In this document: positions 42,703-63,224 of the stretch, one piece after another | Layout: each line of letters begins with the position of its first letter | Numbering within the stretch: the stretch's first letter is position 1 | Source: the human T2T-CHM13v2.0 reference genome, Homo sapiens | Length of the DNA stretch: 64,000 bases | Direction: 5' to 3' (one strand) | Assembly (NCBI RefSeq): GCF_009914755.1 | Contig: NC_060931.1 | Notes under the pieces: model-generated | Seen by the model: only the letters and a program-made list of their open reading frames with translations | What the model was told of the DNA's origin: nothing | Database searches by the model: none | Position numbers and translations under genes: made by a program

Positions 42703-43910
42703 TAACCTCTGTTCTTAACAAGTTCCCCAGGTGATTCTTTTGCAGCAATCTCAGCAGAGAAATGGCACTGAGGAACTATTGATCTAAAACTCTAGCATCA
42801 TGGCTAGTGCGACACCAAATTTTCATAGGAAGTGACTTTCTATGAAAGCTTCGTTGGACTTTAAGCTCCTTAAAGACATGGGTAATATTTAATTCAGAAT
42901 TTCCCATTGCCCACAGATCTACCTAAAGCTGATTACATAGTGGATTCTCACACAATATTTACTGATTGACACAAAGCAGGAATGCCAAGAACATCAGGGA
43001 GACATTCGCTTGGGCTACCATCTTGGAGCCCGTTTAAATATAAATTTTGCAAATATAAAGGGATAGAAAATGAATGTGAGGGGGAAAGTACAGAACTGAT
43101 TATTTTTTTCTTTCAAGAATTTATTCTGAAATGTCCATACCTTTTTCAATGAAAAAGGACACAGTATTCCTGATTATTTAGGTTCAGGCAACTATAATCC
43201 TCTTGTACAGGAAAAAAGGTCTTCATTCATCACAAATGTATATATTATGCCCATTTACTTTTCCTTTCATGTAGTTCCTAAATGTCCCTATCTTAATCTG
43301 ACATTTGGAATGTCAGTAAAAGAAGAAGACAAATGGATTATAAATGAAATAAATAGGATCTTTAAAAGATGAATGAATAAGCATCTGAAACTCTCCAATC
43401 CAGCAGACAGTTTTATTTCCCATTGCAAGTACAGAAGGGAAAGCTATATTTCCTAGGGCCTAATGAAACCTACAGAAGATTGAATATATACAGGAATAAA
43501 AGATCATACCTTGGGATAAAAGATAATAGCAAAAACATATATCTAGGACACTTAGTGATGAATCAACTACAATGGACAAGAGTCAACTAAGGCAAATCAA
43601 GTAGATCTAGTTTTCCTACTAACCTTTCTCATCTCATAAATAGTCTTCAGTGCCTGCATCTAAGGGGAATAAACACATTCCAAACCAAGCCAAGCCAAGA
43701 GAAAGCATTCATATTAAAGGCCTCTCTGCTGGAACAGAAACTAAGGCAACATTCTAAGGAGAACTTAATATCCTTAGTATGCTTTTTCATTCTTGATGAA
43801 AGACGAGTTACAGTAGGGGTCTGAACCACAAAAATCTTGACATAACTGGTAACAACATCCTACGTGGAAATTTATATATGACCCAGAGACCTCAAAGAAT
43901 TTTAATACAT

Positions 43911-44203
43911 GGCCAGAAGTGGTGGCCCACACCTGGAATCCTAGCACTCTGGGAGGCCAAGGAGGATGGATTGCTTGAGGCCAGCAGTTCAAGACCAGCC
44001 TGGGCGACAAGGCAAAACCCAACTCTACTAAAAATACAAAAGTTAGCTGGCCGTGGTGGGACACACTTTTAATTCCAGCTACTTGGGAGGCTGAGGCGTG
44101 AGAATCACTTGATCCCGGGAGGCGGAGGTTACAGTGTGAGCTGAGATCATCCCACTGCACTCCAGCCTGGGCGAGAGTGAGACTCCGTTTCAAAAAAAAA
44201 AAA
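43911..44203 (+). mobile_element. Alu
   Basis: Full dimer with A-tail. Confidence 0.92.
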
Positions 44204-44410
44204 AGAAATCCAACACAATTACAAATCAGAAGTATCCATCAATAGCAAAATAGGTGACGCTGAGTTGCCAGGAAAGGTCAACAGCAAGCACTGGACCATT
44301 CTATTTCGAAACATACAAGTCAGGGCAATATGTAAAGTACATAAAGTGTAAGAAGGATTTTTAACCTATTCACATGTTGGATCCCTTCAAAAGATAATTT
44401 GTCATTATAG

Positions 44411-44693
<283 letters not shown>

Positions 44694-44761
44694 GCCATTT
44701 TGTAATTCTTAATTTCCACTAAAGGTCACGTGATCGATGACAGGCAAATGTAAGGAAAATA

Positions 44762-45731
44762 TAGGCGGTCCTTACTTTGCATGGTAGTGCAGGACCATAA
44801 AAGTAACCATGCGTGAGGCCGAGGCGGGCGGATCACGAGGTCAGGAGATTGAGACCATCCTGGCTAACACAGCGAAACCCGTCTCTACTGAAAATACAAA
44901 AAACTAGCTGGGCGTGGTGGCAGGCACCTGTAGTCCCAGCTACTCAGGAGGCTGAGGCAGGAGAATGGCGTGAACCCAGGAGACGGAGCTTGCAGTGAGC
45001 CGAGATCACGCCAGTGCACTCCAGCCTGGGCGACAGAGCGAGACTCCGTCTCAAAAAGAAAAAAAAAAAAAAGTAATCACACAAGCTGAAATCATGCCAA
45101 GTGATTTTAATAATCAATGGGGGAAATCACAATTGTTCTGGTGAACTTTAAAAATGTTTGTCAAAGCATTAAGAACTCTCTTACTGTTGGTTATAATGTA
45201 CAGAGAAATGAAAAAACAGTAAAACTAATACTTCTTTAGTACACTATAATTTAAAACATTATGCCATTTAGCATGCCTTCACTAAGTGCCTCTGGCTGCC
45301 TGTCTAGAGTTCCGCAAATGGCGGCAGTGGCAGCGTTCCCACTGTCAGTTACTTATTTTATTACTCCATTTATGCTCAATTGGATTTTACTTCCAGAGTT
45401 ATCATTTTTTGTTTCTTTGTTGCTCTTTCATTTTTACTGGCCACTTCCCACTTTCGATTATCTATTTTGCTAATAGGTCATGTAAGTTTATTACTGAGAG
45501 GCAAGGAGGCAGCAAAACATGCTCTCCTGTCTGCGTGTAAACTGAAGAACAGACGCGTGCCTGTTATTTTTGCAGTGATTTCTGATCTGCATACTGAAGA
45601 GTCTGTACTTATGCATTCATAGGTAACACACCATGGTGACTGAAATTTGAATCCTGGGTGACTAGTGTTGTTATCTAATGGTAACTGAAATCAGTGCACA
45701 CCAGAACCCTGCAAAGCAAGGACTGGCTCTA
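44762..45731. mobile_element. TcMar-Tigger-type DNA transposon remnant interrupted by AluY
   Basis: Imperfect terminal inverted repeats GGCGGTCCTTACTTTGCA (44764) and TGCAAAGCAAGGACTGGC (45710). Confidence 0.6.
44815..45071 (+). mobile_element. 5'-truncated AluY
   Basis: AluY diagnostics; TSD-like AAAAGTAA(C/T)CA. Confidence 0.92.
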
Positions 45732-45770
45732 CAGCATTCCCTTAAAAAACATTTTTTTTAAAAGTGTCCT

Positions 45771-46088
45771 GGACAGGCACAGTAGCTCATGTCTAAAAAC
45801 CCAGCACTTTGGGAGGCTAAGGCGGGAGGACTTCTTGAAGCCAGAAGTTCAAGACCAGCCTGGGCATAATGAGACCCCCGTCACTACAAAAAAAAAAAAA
45901 AGTTTTTAAAAATTAGCCAGGTATGGTGGCATGTACCTGTAGCCCCAGCTACTCAGGACGCTAAGGTGGGAAGACTGCTTGAGCCCGGGAGTTTGAGGCT
46001 GTAGTGAGCTGACTGCACCGCTGCACTCCAGCCTGGGAGACAAAGTAAGACTCTGTCTCTTAAAATTAAAAAAAAAAAAAAAAAAAAA
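45771..46088 (+). mobile_element. AluJ
   Basis: Diverged dimer with A-tail. Confidence 0.88.
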
Positions 46089-48014
46089 GACAAAAAACAG
46101 TGTCCTGCAGGAGTCAAAGTTATTCACAAAAAGATTCCACAGTTCGTAAGAGAAACATAAGGGAGACACTGGGCTGAGATCGAATCACCTTCATTTACCA
46201 GCAATACTTCTCAGTGAATTTAACAAGTTAACAAGCACTTTCAATTTCCATGATGGGGATCAAGCATAAGTGATAAATACTGTACCCAACCTCGGGTCTT
46301 TCTCTCTCTCTCTCCCTTTTTTTTTCCCCACAAAACACTTCATGGGTTATTATTTTCCACCTTGGAAAATTGCCTTAGAAGCTAATTTTCAGACTCATCA
46401 GCTATGAAGAGTTTATTATAAATTTGTTTTTATAATTATAAGTGTTACAACTTTATGATTTAAATTTACAAAATTAAAACATTTTTAATGTTTTGCAATT
46501 TTACAATTGGTACAAAGTACCAATAAACCAAGTGTATAGTAAAACCACCCCTTTATCAACACAGGAGACTAAAATGGTGACAGCATTACCAAGCATTTAC
46601 TGACTACTAACAAAGCACGTTAATGAATACATATGAACCAAAGAAGTCAATAACTGATCATACACTAAAACTTTCTAAAACTATCTTTTTAACCTCAAAA
46701 GAAACAAACAAATTGTTTGTCTCCAATTACCCTTATTACAACATAATTAACAAGTATTTGTAAGGCACTTTCTAGGCTGAAGTCTAATGACTGAGTCAAA
46801 TCTTCTTATGTAGATCAAAATACAAGACCTACATAAGAAGCAAGATATAACATATCTCTAAGCCAGCCATATGATTTTCTTCTAGATAAGATTACCTGGA
46901 AGCCAGGGCTACCTTTACCCACCAGGCATAGCTTCTATCCTAGGGTAAGAATTCAAAGGTATAATCTAGCACCACAAGCACTCTGATTTCAAAAATTCCA
47001 ACCCTGACTGCCAGGTTTATTTAAGTGATATTTGCCAAATCCCTTTTGCACAGCTTGACTCCATTCCTGGCTAGGGTCATCCTTTTGTCACCAGTGTATC
47101 AGAATACGGAGTGGGCAATTTAAGAAGACCTGTTGCCTAATCCCATGTGGACATCTTGTTTTGCTCTAGTTAAGAAAACAAAATTAGGAGACAGTGGGAA
47201 CTGGTCAAAGCAGACTAACAGGCAACAGGAAAAAAGAATCGCAAGGAAGGAGATAAAACACCATCGATAAATGGCCACTGGTGTGGGGCAATCTGGTGCA
47301 CAAACAGTCCAGCAGCCCACATGGCACAGAAGATAACTAAGGTCCGTGATACTTAGTCAACAAAATTATATGCCAACTATTTTTAGAAGGATTTTGACAG
47401 ACATGCTCTTCTTGAAAGAATACTACACTATTTAAAGCAGTTTAATCTCCTGAGTAACTTTTCTGAGGACAGTTACATTTCACAAGTAGAACTATCAGTT
47501 ATAGGAAAATCTTATGTATGTAGACCATATCATTCCCCAACGATGGTAAAGTGGTTGCTAGTTTTCTTATATGCCAATTAATCTGTGAAATGTTAACACT
47601 TCGTTGCAACAGTTTTCATGCTAAAGGTTACTTACCATAATGGGAGGTTTCTAGTGTTTTGAAAAAGAAGGGATTCTAAAGGAAGGGAGAAATAAGACAG
47701 CAACAAACAGCTTCAAATTAAAATCATATCACAAATAACCTTCAAGGCAGTGTATTTTTTTTGAAGGTAGCAGGACCAGAGAACTATTCAATAAAGTAAG
47801 AAAGCAGCTTTCATATTCTACTTTGACAGCCATGTTCACAATATATTTTGCACACAGACATAGGTAAATGAAATCACATAATTACACAGGCGTTAATACA
47901 CAAACACGATTATCATGTGAAAAATCTGTTATCAATGAAATCCAAACTCTATTTTCAAATCCCCTATCTCTTGCTTATTATCCTTCTTTTCATTAACAAT
48001 TTACCTACTGGTTT

Positions 48015-48430
48015 AAGGTTGGAGTCCCCCATAAGCAGAACCTGAGACAGGACTGCAGGCATTCAGATGGGAAGTGATCCATGGAAGCACTGGTAAGTGA
48101 ATGGAAAAGTGAGACACAGAAAGGGAGGGAGCCCTGGGGACATCTGGAAGACTAAGTATAAGGGGCTTCAGAAAGGTCCCACCCAAAGGGAGAGAGGAAG
48201 CTAGGTATTTATCTACTATCTCCCATCAGATAATGGCTGAGGGCTATCCCAGAGGCATAATGCCCCAGCATTTCAGACCTGCTTCAAGTACAAGCTGCTG
48301 AGCTCCTGCAGCTAGAGAATGCCCTCAGACCAAGTATCAGGTGCTTTCAGCAAGAAGTATTTCACAGAGACAGAGACAGAGATGGAAATAGAGAAAGCCA
48401 GGGGATCCGGGTGGGGCTCCCACAGAGCCT
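48015..48430. mobile_element. MaLR MLT1-type LTR remnant
   Basis: AAGCAGAACCTGAGACAGG...GGGAAGTGATCC...GGAAGCAC motif typical of old MLT1 LTRs. Confidence 0.55.
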
Positions 48431-48910
48431 GCTGCATATGTACAAGCCTAGTCTCGCAAACCTCTAATGCACACACCCTTAACTTGCACATTTCCTGTAC
48501 AGATATGCTCATCTTCATACTCACCCTCTGCTCCATTCTCTTATCTCAGCATCCTCTCAGGGATAAACACTGAATAGGAATATACACAAAATGGCATAAT
48601 AAATAGTTACAGGTAAATAGGTACAGGTTCAGTAAATAATACTTGGGTAATATTTAATAATTACTGAACAAAGATCAAGGACAAAATTGTTCAACTTGAT
48701 GAGGAAATCCACAATTGAGCTGTATAGGAGGAAAAGAACCATCTTCGGATCTTAGGAATTCTCCAAAGGGAAAAATAATTATTTTTAGCAACTCACTATG
48801 TGACAGTTCTAAAGACATGAATAAAATCGATGGATTTTTTTGTCCCACCACTGAGGGTAGCCTCAGCTTTACGCTGAACTATGGTAGGCTCAGCTACCAT
48901 GAATCTCTTA

Positions 48911-49685
<775 letters not shown>

Positions 49686-49789
49686 TCAGGAACTATTTAA
49701 AAAGAAAGGAAGAAATTGTGGCAATGAGCAGGGAATTTTCAGAGAAGTTTTCCTTAAGAGGACAAATGTTCCACTAAAGTTCATTTAAG

Positions 49790-51050
<1,261 letters not shown>

Positions 51051-53074
51051 CTAAAGATAATTTCCAACTACAGCAAAGACCACAATCTATATGACTTAGC
51101 AGTTGCCTTTTCGCGTTATGCATATGTGGAGGAACAGACTTCAAGCAGGCTTGAGGCCTCCTAGGAAGATGAGATTCCTGAGAAGTTGATCATCAATTCA
51201 CCCAATCTTGCCATTCATACTGAGGACCGTCCTGAGGCTGTGGGCAGTTTCTCACATCCCTGGAACAGGCAATGTCACCAGTAAAATAGGGAGGAATCAA
51301 GAGGACCTCAGGACCCATATAACCACAAGAATGGCTAGACCTGATGGGATCCAGATGCAATCAGCATATCACTGGCAACAGGGCAGCTTTATGGGAAATT
51401 GAAGGCCAGGGAAGTTTGTCCTGCCAGTGGGACAAATTCTACTAAGCCTCCTGCTTTGTATAGCCATTCTCATTTGCTTATTTAAGTTCTTCAATCCTTG
51501 ACTTCCATTAAAAAAAAAAAAAAAAAAAACCTGTACCCTTTCTCTGTGTCTACTAGCCTATCAATCATCATTACCCTTCTGACAATCTTATAGGTACACA
51601 TTTTAGATAATATTTTTTATTTCAATAAATACATATTTTCTTACACCTATTAAAATGTAGCGTGAGCATCACTAACACGATTTAGCAGACACCTCTGTTT
51701 AAGGCAAGTAAATTTTTAAAAATAAAATCCATTTAAAGCAGTTTTAAAGAAAAATATTAAATAAGCAACAAAAGTGTTACACTGATATGGCAGAAACTGT
51801 GATAGAGGCCAATGAAAGCCTGAAATGTGATGGTGGTAAATGAAACTAAAAAATCACTGATGCAGTGGAGAGGAAAGGAAGGAAAGGGAAGAAAAGTCAC
51901 TCATATCCTAACGTTACTTGAAGTCCTAAGAAGCTTGTATCAGGGTCTTTCTTTGTTCTGTCCTCTTAGAATGTCTGAGGTGGTGACTGAATCAGCAGCT
52001 GCCCTGGGGTAAGGGGTAGGGCTGCAAAACAAAACACTCTGCAGACCTGCAAGAGATAAGCACAGGACAGACAGTCTCCGATTTACAATGGTTCCATTTA
52101 GGATTTTTCAACTTTATGATGGGCTTATCAGGATGTAATACCAAGGTAAATCAAGTAGCAGTTCCCCTAGGGCTGAGGTGGTAACACTCCTGAAGAGATG
52201 GGTGGCCCCAACAAGTGATCCTGAGGGAGAGTGGTGTAAGACTTTGGAGCTTTAAGAGAATAATCAATTGCTTACGGGGTAAAGAATGAGAAAACTGAAA
52301 AATCAAGTTCAGACTGGGGATAAGACCTCTTCTACTACAGGCTGGATGCCCACAAAGGCAAAGATAAGAAGAGAAAAATTCAGGGAGTAGACTCCAGCGC
52401 TGACTACTTGGCATTTGGATGGTTGGAAAAGCAGGTAAGAGGAAAGATGTCCCTGAACCAAACAGAAGGGACTGCGTTCACCCAGTCACCATGGGCTCCA
52501 AAGAAAACTTTGATCCTTTGATATAAAGAAAATAAGGACAGGCTAGCACAAAAAAGAAACTGACTCAAAACAACAGGCACACAAAGTTAGCCTTCAAAAA
52601 AGTACCGAAATAGGAAGAATGTAAGAGAGGAATATGAATCAGACCTGTGACAAGTTAAATTACGTAAAAAGACTATAAAATTCCTATAATCTGCATATAG
52701 TTTACAACCCATGATTCCTTCAAAAAGTAATAAAGTAAAAAAGACTAACCACATGTCTACATTGTAGCATATGTGACAAGTGAGGCACTCTGGCAGTTCA
52801 CACAGAAGAGGAAAAACCCATGAACCCACAAACCCAGTCCTTGGAGAGGAACACTCCCATGTGGTCCCCACAGAAAGTTTCCAAAACCATTGATGGAAAC
52901 TGGCCAGAAAGCCCCTGTTTCAAGGATACCAGTGGTCCCATACATCACTGACCAGCTCAGTTAAAATGCTATCAAAACTGTTTCATGTTCTGACCTTTGT
53001 TCTTTTTTTAAAACTATTCTGTAGGGTTCCAGACAATGGAAATATATCCAGGTCACATCTCCATGACCATTTTA

Positions 53075-53395
<321 letters not shown>

Positions 53396-53617
53396 TTTGA
53401 TATTTATTAATATTAAAGTATTCAAGGGATACTGTATATATCAAAAGGTCTACACTGGACCACATTCCAGTTTCTTTGTGAAACAGTGAATACTCACCTG
53501 ACAACAGTTTTTGCACATTAAAAATACCAAATTATCTACAATGGTATAAGTTCCCCCAGCTTTCACAACTTCATGATTTTACTGCACACATCAAACTGTT
53601 ATAATTACTAACTGATA

Positions 53618-53916
<299 letters not shown>

Positions 53917-54538
53917 TTACTAACTGATAAACAGGAGTCCATATTAGATGTTTGAAATTCCTATGTTTTGTGCTCAAGGAAAAATGGCATTTCTAAATTA
54001 TAAAGGAAGAATATGTTAACAAAACATTGAGACTGTTTTATCCCTCTTCCCCATAATAAAATATAAACTGGACATAAGATCACTGTATTTTCTCTGACAT
54101 TGATTTTTGTGTTAAGATGAATGCAACTTATAGCCCCAGTAAATAAGAATCTTAAATTTGTATAATATATTTAAGCTCAAACTTCTATTTCATTATCAGT
54201 GTTCTTTACACTTGTCTTTGATCAACAGAACATGAATTTTAAAATATGACTACAGATAAAAACAATTTCAAAATGGATAATGCTAGAAACTTACCATAAG
54301 GATACCCAAATGCTCGCCAAGAATAAAGATAAACATACACACAAAAATATATATCCTGCAGCACTGTTAAGTAGTAAGAACAAAAGAGAAACCAACTCAA
54401 GAATCCATCAAGAGAGGACCAGTTAAATTGTGGTAAATCCACAGAATAGAATTCTATGCAGCTACTAAAAAGAATGAGATATCTGTACATGCTGATATGA
54501 GAAGCTCTCTGAGATATCCAGGATATTTTAATAAATAA

Positions 54539-55149
<611 letters not shown>

Positions 55150-55873
55150 CTCTTACCAGATTGTTTTTGTTTTGTTCTATTTTTCTGTTTGTTTTTTTAA
55201 TGACAGTTTATATGGTCAAAGGAAACATGGACCTTTCTATATATTTGTCTTTCAACTTCTCTATATTGCTCAATATTACATATTAAATTATATTCCTTTA
55301 AATATTTCTCATCCTTTAATAATGAGGATGCTAATTAATCAATTAACTGAAAAAATCAGTGATAATGGAAAAGAATCAAGCATTTAATTTTGCCTCTCCT
55401 ACACTGTACAACTAGGTAACCAAAGACTAGATAAAAGAAAATTTTCTCTTTATAGTAGTACAAGTAACAAATCAAAAAGAAATTTTCTAATTATCAGTTA
55501 TAACATTTTATAATTATAATGATAAAGGTATCATTCTGCAACTGCCATGAATGGATATTGGCATTGATCAATGGCAGCCAGCATGACAAAAAGAGAAACA
55601 ACCAGACATTTTATGCCTTCTGCTTAGGTTCCTGATAGAAATCTACACCACTCTCCTGTGAAATTTTCGGGGATTTAGGGGGACCTGAATCTGATCAAGC
55701 TTCTCTAAAGCCAACTACCAATTTATAGGAAAGTGAGAAGCAAAAAGATTCTGCAGGGATGTAATCGGCAAAATCCAGAAAGTGGGAATTTTTAGGATAA
55801 ACAACCACTTTGTGCAACAAAGAGTTTGCAAGGACGGGGGGAGGGTTAAAGACCTGAAAGAAAAACCTATAGA

Positions 55874-56085
55874 TCAGGGTTTCTCAACAACAACACTATG
55901 GAGATTTTAGACTAGATCATTCTTTCTTGTGGGGGCTAACCAGTGCAGAATGTTTAGTAGCATCCCTGCCCTCTACCTACTAGCTGCTAGTAGCAACCAC
56001 TCTGCCACTCCCAAATCAAAAATGTCTCTAGACATTGACTGGTGTTCCCTGGGAGACAAAAATCTCATCTAGTTGAGAACCACTG
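55874..56085. mobile_element. MER20 (hAT-Charlie) inserted in an L1MC-type 3' remnant (~55420-56500)
   Basis: CAGGGTTTCTCAAC ... GTTGAGAACCACTG TIRs; GATCATTCTTTCTTGTGGGGGCT, AAAAATGTCTCTAGACATTG. Confidence 0.85.
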
Positions 56086-57015
56086 CTATGTATTAAGAAA
56101 CTTACAAGATGTAGCAACTAATCACATGTGTGAACCTTATTTAGATCTTGATTCAAACAAATAGTGAAAAAAATTATGACATTTTTGAGACAACTAGAAA
56201 TTTGGACAGTAGATATTAATGTTATTAAGAAACTGTTAACTATTTTTAATTATAATAAAGGTATTACAGGTTTTTAAAATTGAGGCCTTATCTTTTAGAT
56301 TTACATGCTGAAATACTCACAGATATAATGATATGGTATCAGGAATTTGCTTCAAAGTAGCCAGGTAAGGGTGTAGTAATGAAACTGGCAGTGAATTGAT
56401 ACTCACTGAAGCAGGCTTATTGAACCTGGAAGCACAGGATACTATTCGGTCTACTTCTGCATATGTCTGGTATCTTCTCTTTAAGAAAAATTAAAAGTCA
56501 AGAAGACCATGGTGCCTGGCAACATTCGGCTGAATGATAATCAGGTGACTGATTTCCACCAACTATGCCATGTATGCTTGCTCATATACCCTCAGAAGTC
56601 CTCAAACTAATCGATTTTGAAAGGAAAATACTCACCATCTTTTTAAAAGACAAATTAAAATAAGTGAACCTCAGGATACTTTATATCCCTGGGGTTCACA
56701 AAACACAGGTTAGAAAATGCTGCTTTGGGGAAATGCCTGGATCATTAATGCTCTAGAGACTCCTATTATATACATTTACCTGCTCAGTGTTTGTTATTCT
56801 ATGTCACTCATATTTGCTGATTTTCTTTTATTCTAAAAACTACCAGAGCCAGTGGTGTTTTTTAAAAATTTAGAAACAATATTTTAAAATTTAGCTACAA
56901 AGCATCCTTAAGATACAACTTAATTATCCAATAGTAAACCAAGTAGTTAGGGCTATTTTCCCACCAGGTTGTTCTTCACAGTAGCTAATGATAAGCTACA
57001 CTTAAAAGTATGTTA

Positions 57016-57770
57016 CAGTAGTCCCCTCCTTATTTGTGGTTTCACTTTCTAAGGTTTCAGGTACCAGTGGTCAGCCAAGGTCCAAAAATATTAAATGAAA
57101 TATTCCAGAAACAGACAATTCTTAAGTTTTAAACTGCCTGCCGTCCTGAGCATCATGATGAAATCTTGCACCATCCCATCTAGGATGTGAATCATCCCTC
57201 TGTTAGTGTATCCAGACTGTTTTACTACCTGCCCACAAGTCTCTGAGTTATGAGATCAACTGTCGGGGTATCAATGCTTGTGTTCAGCTAACCGTTATTT
57301 TACTTAATAATGGCCCCAAAGCACAAGAGCAGTGAGGCTGGTGTGATGCTGGCAATGCAGATATGCCAAAGAGAAACCATAAAGTGCTTCCTTTAAGTGA
57401 AAAGTAAGGAAAGAAAAAAAAAACAGTATGTTGAGTTCCTAAGCTCTATGGTAAGAACAATTCTATCTATAAAATTGTGAAGGAGGCAAAAGAAATTCAT
57501 GCTAGTTTTGCTGCTGCACCTTAAACTGCAAAAGTTACAGCCACACTGTATACCTTTTACTACGGTACACTGTTGTAATGTTCTATTTTATTCAGTTACT
57601 GTTGTTAATCTCTTACTGTGTGCCTCATTAATAAGTTAAACTTTGTCATGGGTATGTATATATAGGCAAAAACATGGTATACTCAGAGTTCAGTACTATC
57701 CGTAGTTGCCGGCATCCACTGGGGGTCTTGGAACACATATCTCCCTCAGATAAGCGGGGACACACTACTG
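57016..57770. mobile_element. MER44 (Tigger7-derived) DNA transposon
   Basis: TA|CAGTAGTCCCC...TTAT and GATAAGCGGGGACACACTACTG|TA; internal GGCCCCAAAGCACAAGAG. Confidence 0.8.
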
Positions 57771-57779
57771 TATATGCAT

Positions 57780-60690
<2,911 letters not shown>

Positions 60691-60982
60691 TAGACACGAA
60701 AATCATACAAGTTACCATTAACTCAACCTACAATTAATGGGAAAAATAACCTTTTCATTAATGGAAAAAATAAATAATCACTACAGTAATAAAATGTAAT
60801 TTTCAAAAAAGACCAGAAACTTGGTGGTAGTTGTTAAGATTAGCACTGGCTGTTCAAAGGCTGCACAAATTATCTCAAAATTTAAATTGCTCAAATCAAC
60901 CAATGCTCACTTTTATAACCAAATTCTTCTATACCTGTTCTATTCTTACTCATAAGCCTCCACTTCAAATCTTCAAAAATAA

Positions 60983-61378
<396 letters not shown>

Positions 61379-62039
61379 TAACTAATGGTTTTTAAAAAGC
61401 TTATGAGAGAACTATGTCCCATGCCTCCAAGTAGCCTGAGATAAGCCTCCCATAATCACAACATATTTTGTTCAAATAGCAAAATTGTGTATAAATTATA
61501 AAACTCTTATAAGTGAAACACACAAATACTCATTATTCTATAATAAACGGTCATATCAAAACAATGAAATTGAGAAGTTCAATAAATGAGCTTTTTGTTT
61601 TCTTATAGGAAGATACTTATTCACCTAATAAGTTTATGACACCAATCATGAAGGTGAAATGTATATTAAACAAATTTGTAAAATATTTCCTATCCCTAAC
61701 CAATTTTAAGAAGTCAAAATACACTCTAATAAAAAAAATCCATTTATATAACAAGGATGAAAGCGGAGTTAAATTATAAAACTTTTCAAATAAATATTTT
61801 ATACATGTGTCCCCAAGGCAGTTATAATATTTTACATATTTACATTAAAGAAAATAATTTTGATTTAAAAAAAGGAAGATGTTTACAGGCATGTCTCTTC
61901 AGAACCCTGCCTCAACTGTCTCACCTATGCACCCCTGAGATAGAGACAGACAAGTCACATCTAATCCTCCTCCTGAAGCTGGCTGCAGCCAAGGAGGAAG
62001 AGGAGACTCAGTACCATCTACCCCCTTGACAGCATGAGC

Positions 62040-62280
62040 ACCGGAGTCAGCCTGCCTGAGCTCAGATGCTAGCTCTCTCACCTTCCAGCCTTTCCATCTT
62101 GGGAAAGTTACTGAACTCCCTAACTCTCAGATTCCTCATGTGTAAAATGGGGATGATAATAATAGCAATTACTCAACAAGGTGACTGTGAGACTTCAATG
62201 AGTTAACCAAACATCTAATTAATTAGAACAGTGCCTAGCACTTTGTAAAACATTCGATAAGTGAGATTCGATATTTATCT
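62040..62280 (+). mobile_element. MIR
   Basis: CTTGGGAAAGTTACTGAAC...TTCCTCATGTGTAAAATGGGGATGATAATA...TTAGAACAGTGCCTAGCAC. Confidence 0.8.
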
Positions 62281-62504
62281 CTCTTTCCCTTCGAGAATGT
62301 AAGTCACAAGACAGCAAGGACTTTGTTTTGTTCATTGCTGTATTTCTAGCACAAATACACTATATTCCTAGCACCTGGTACACTACAAACTCTTGGCCAA
62401 AGTCAACATCATACTCAATGACAAAGCACAAGAGGCAATCTCATTCAAGACAGAAACAACAAATTTTAAAATACTGTGTCAGTTAACAAATTGGCAAATT
62501 TTTA

Positions 62505-62645
62505 GGGTGCATGGCACATCTGTAATCCCAGCTACTTGAGAGGCTGAGACAGGAGGATTGCTTGCACTCAGGAGTTCAAGATCAGCCTGGGTTGGTAATG
62601 TACTGAGACCCCCATCCCCCAACAACAACAACAACAACAACAAAA
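62505..62645 (+). mobile_element. Alu monomer with (CAA)n tail
   Basis: TGTAATCCCAGCTACT...CAGGAGTTCAAGATCAGCCTGG...(CAA)8. Confidence 0.75.
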
Positions 62646-62728
62646 GACTTCAGTGCACATGCAGCTCAGTAAATCTTTACATCTGTACACATTCATACAA
62701 CCACCACCCAAGATCAAGATAAAGAATA

Positions 62729-63216
<488 letters not shown>

Positions 63217-63224
63217 GTCCTGAA

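Noticed and set aside
47273-47291. TGGCCACTGGTGTGGGGCA as a CTCF site (also CCAGCAGAGTGGCAC near 26033)
   Set aside because: Both mismatch the core CCASYAGRKGGC at key positions
53491-53500. Consensus donor CAG|GTGAGT on the minus strand (another, ATG|GTGAGT, near 56630)
   Set aside because: No adequate upstream acceptor; isolated donors are expected by chance in 33 kb
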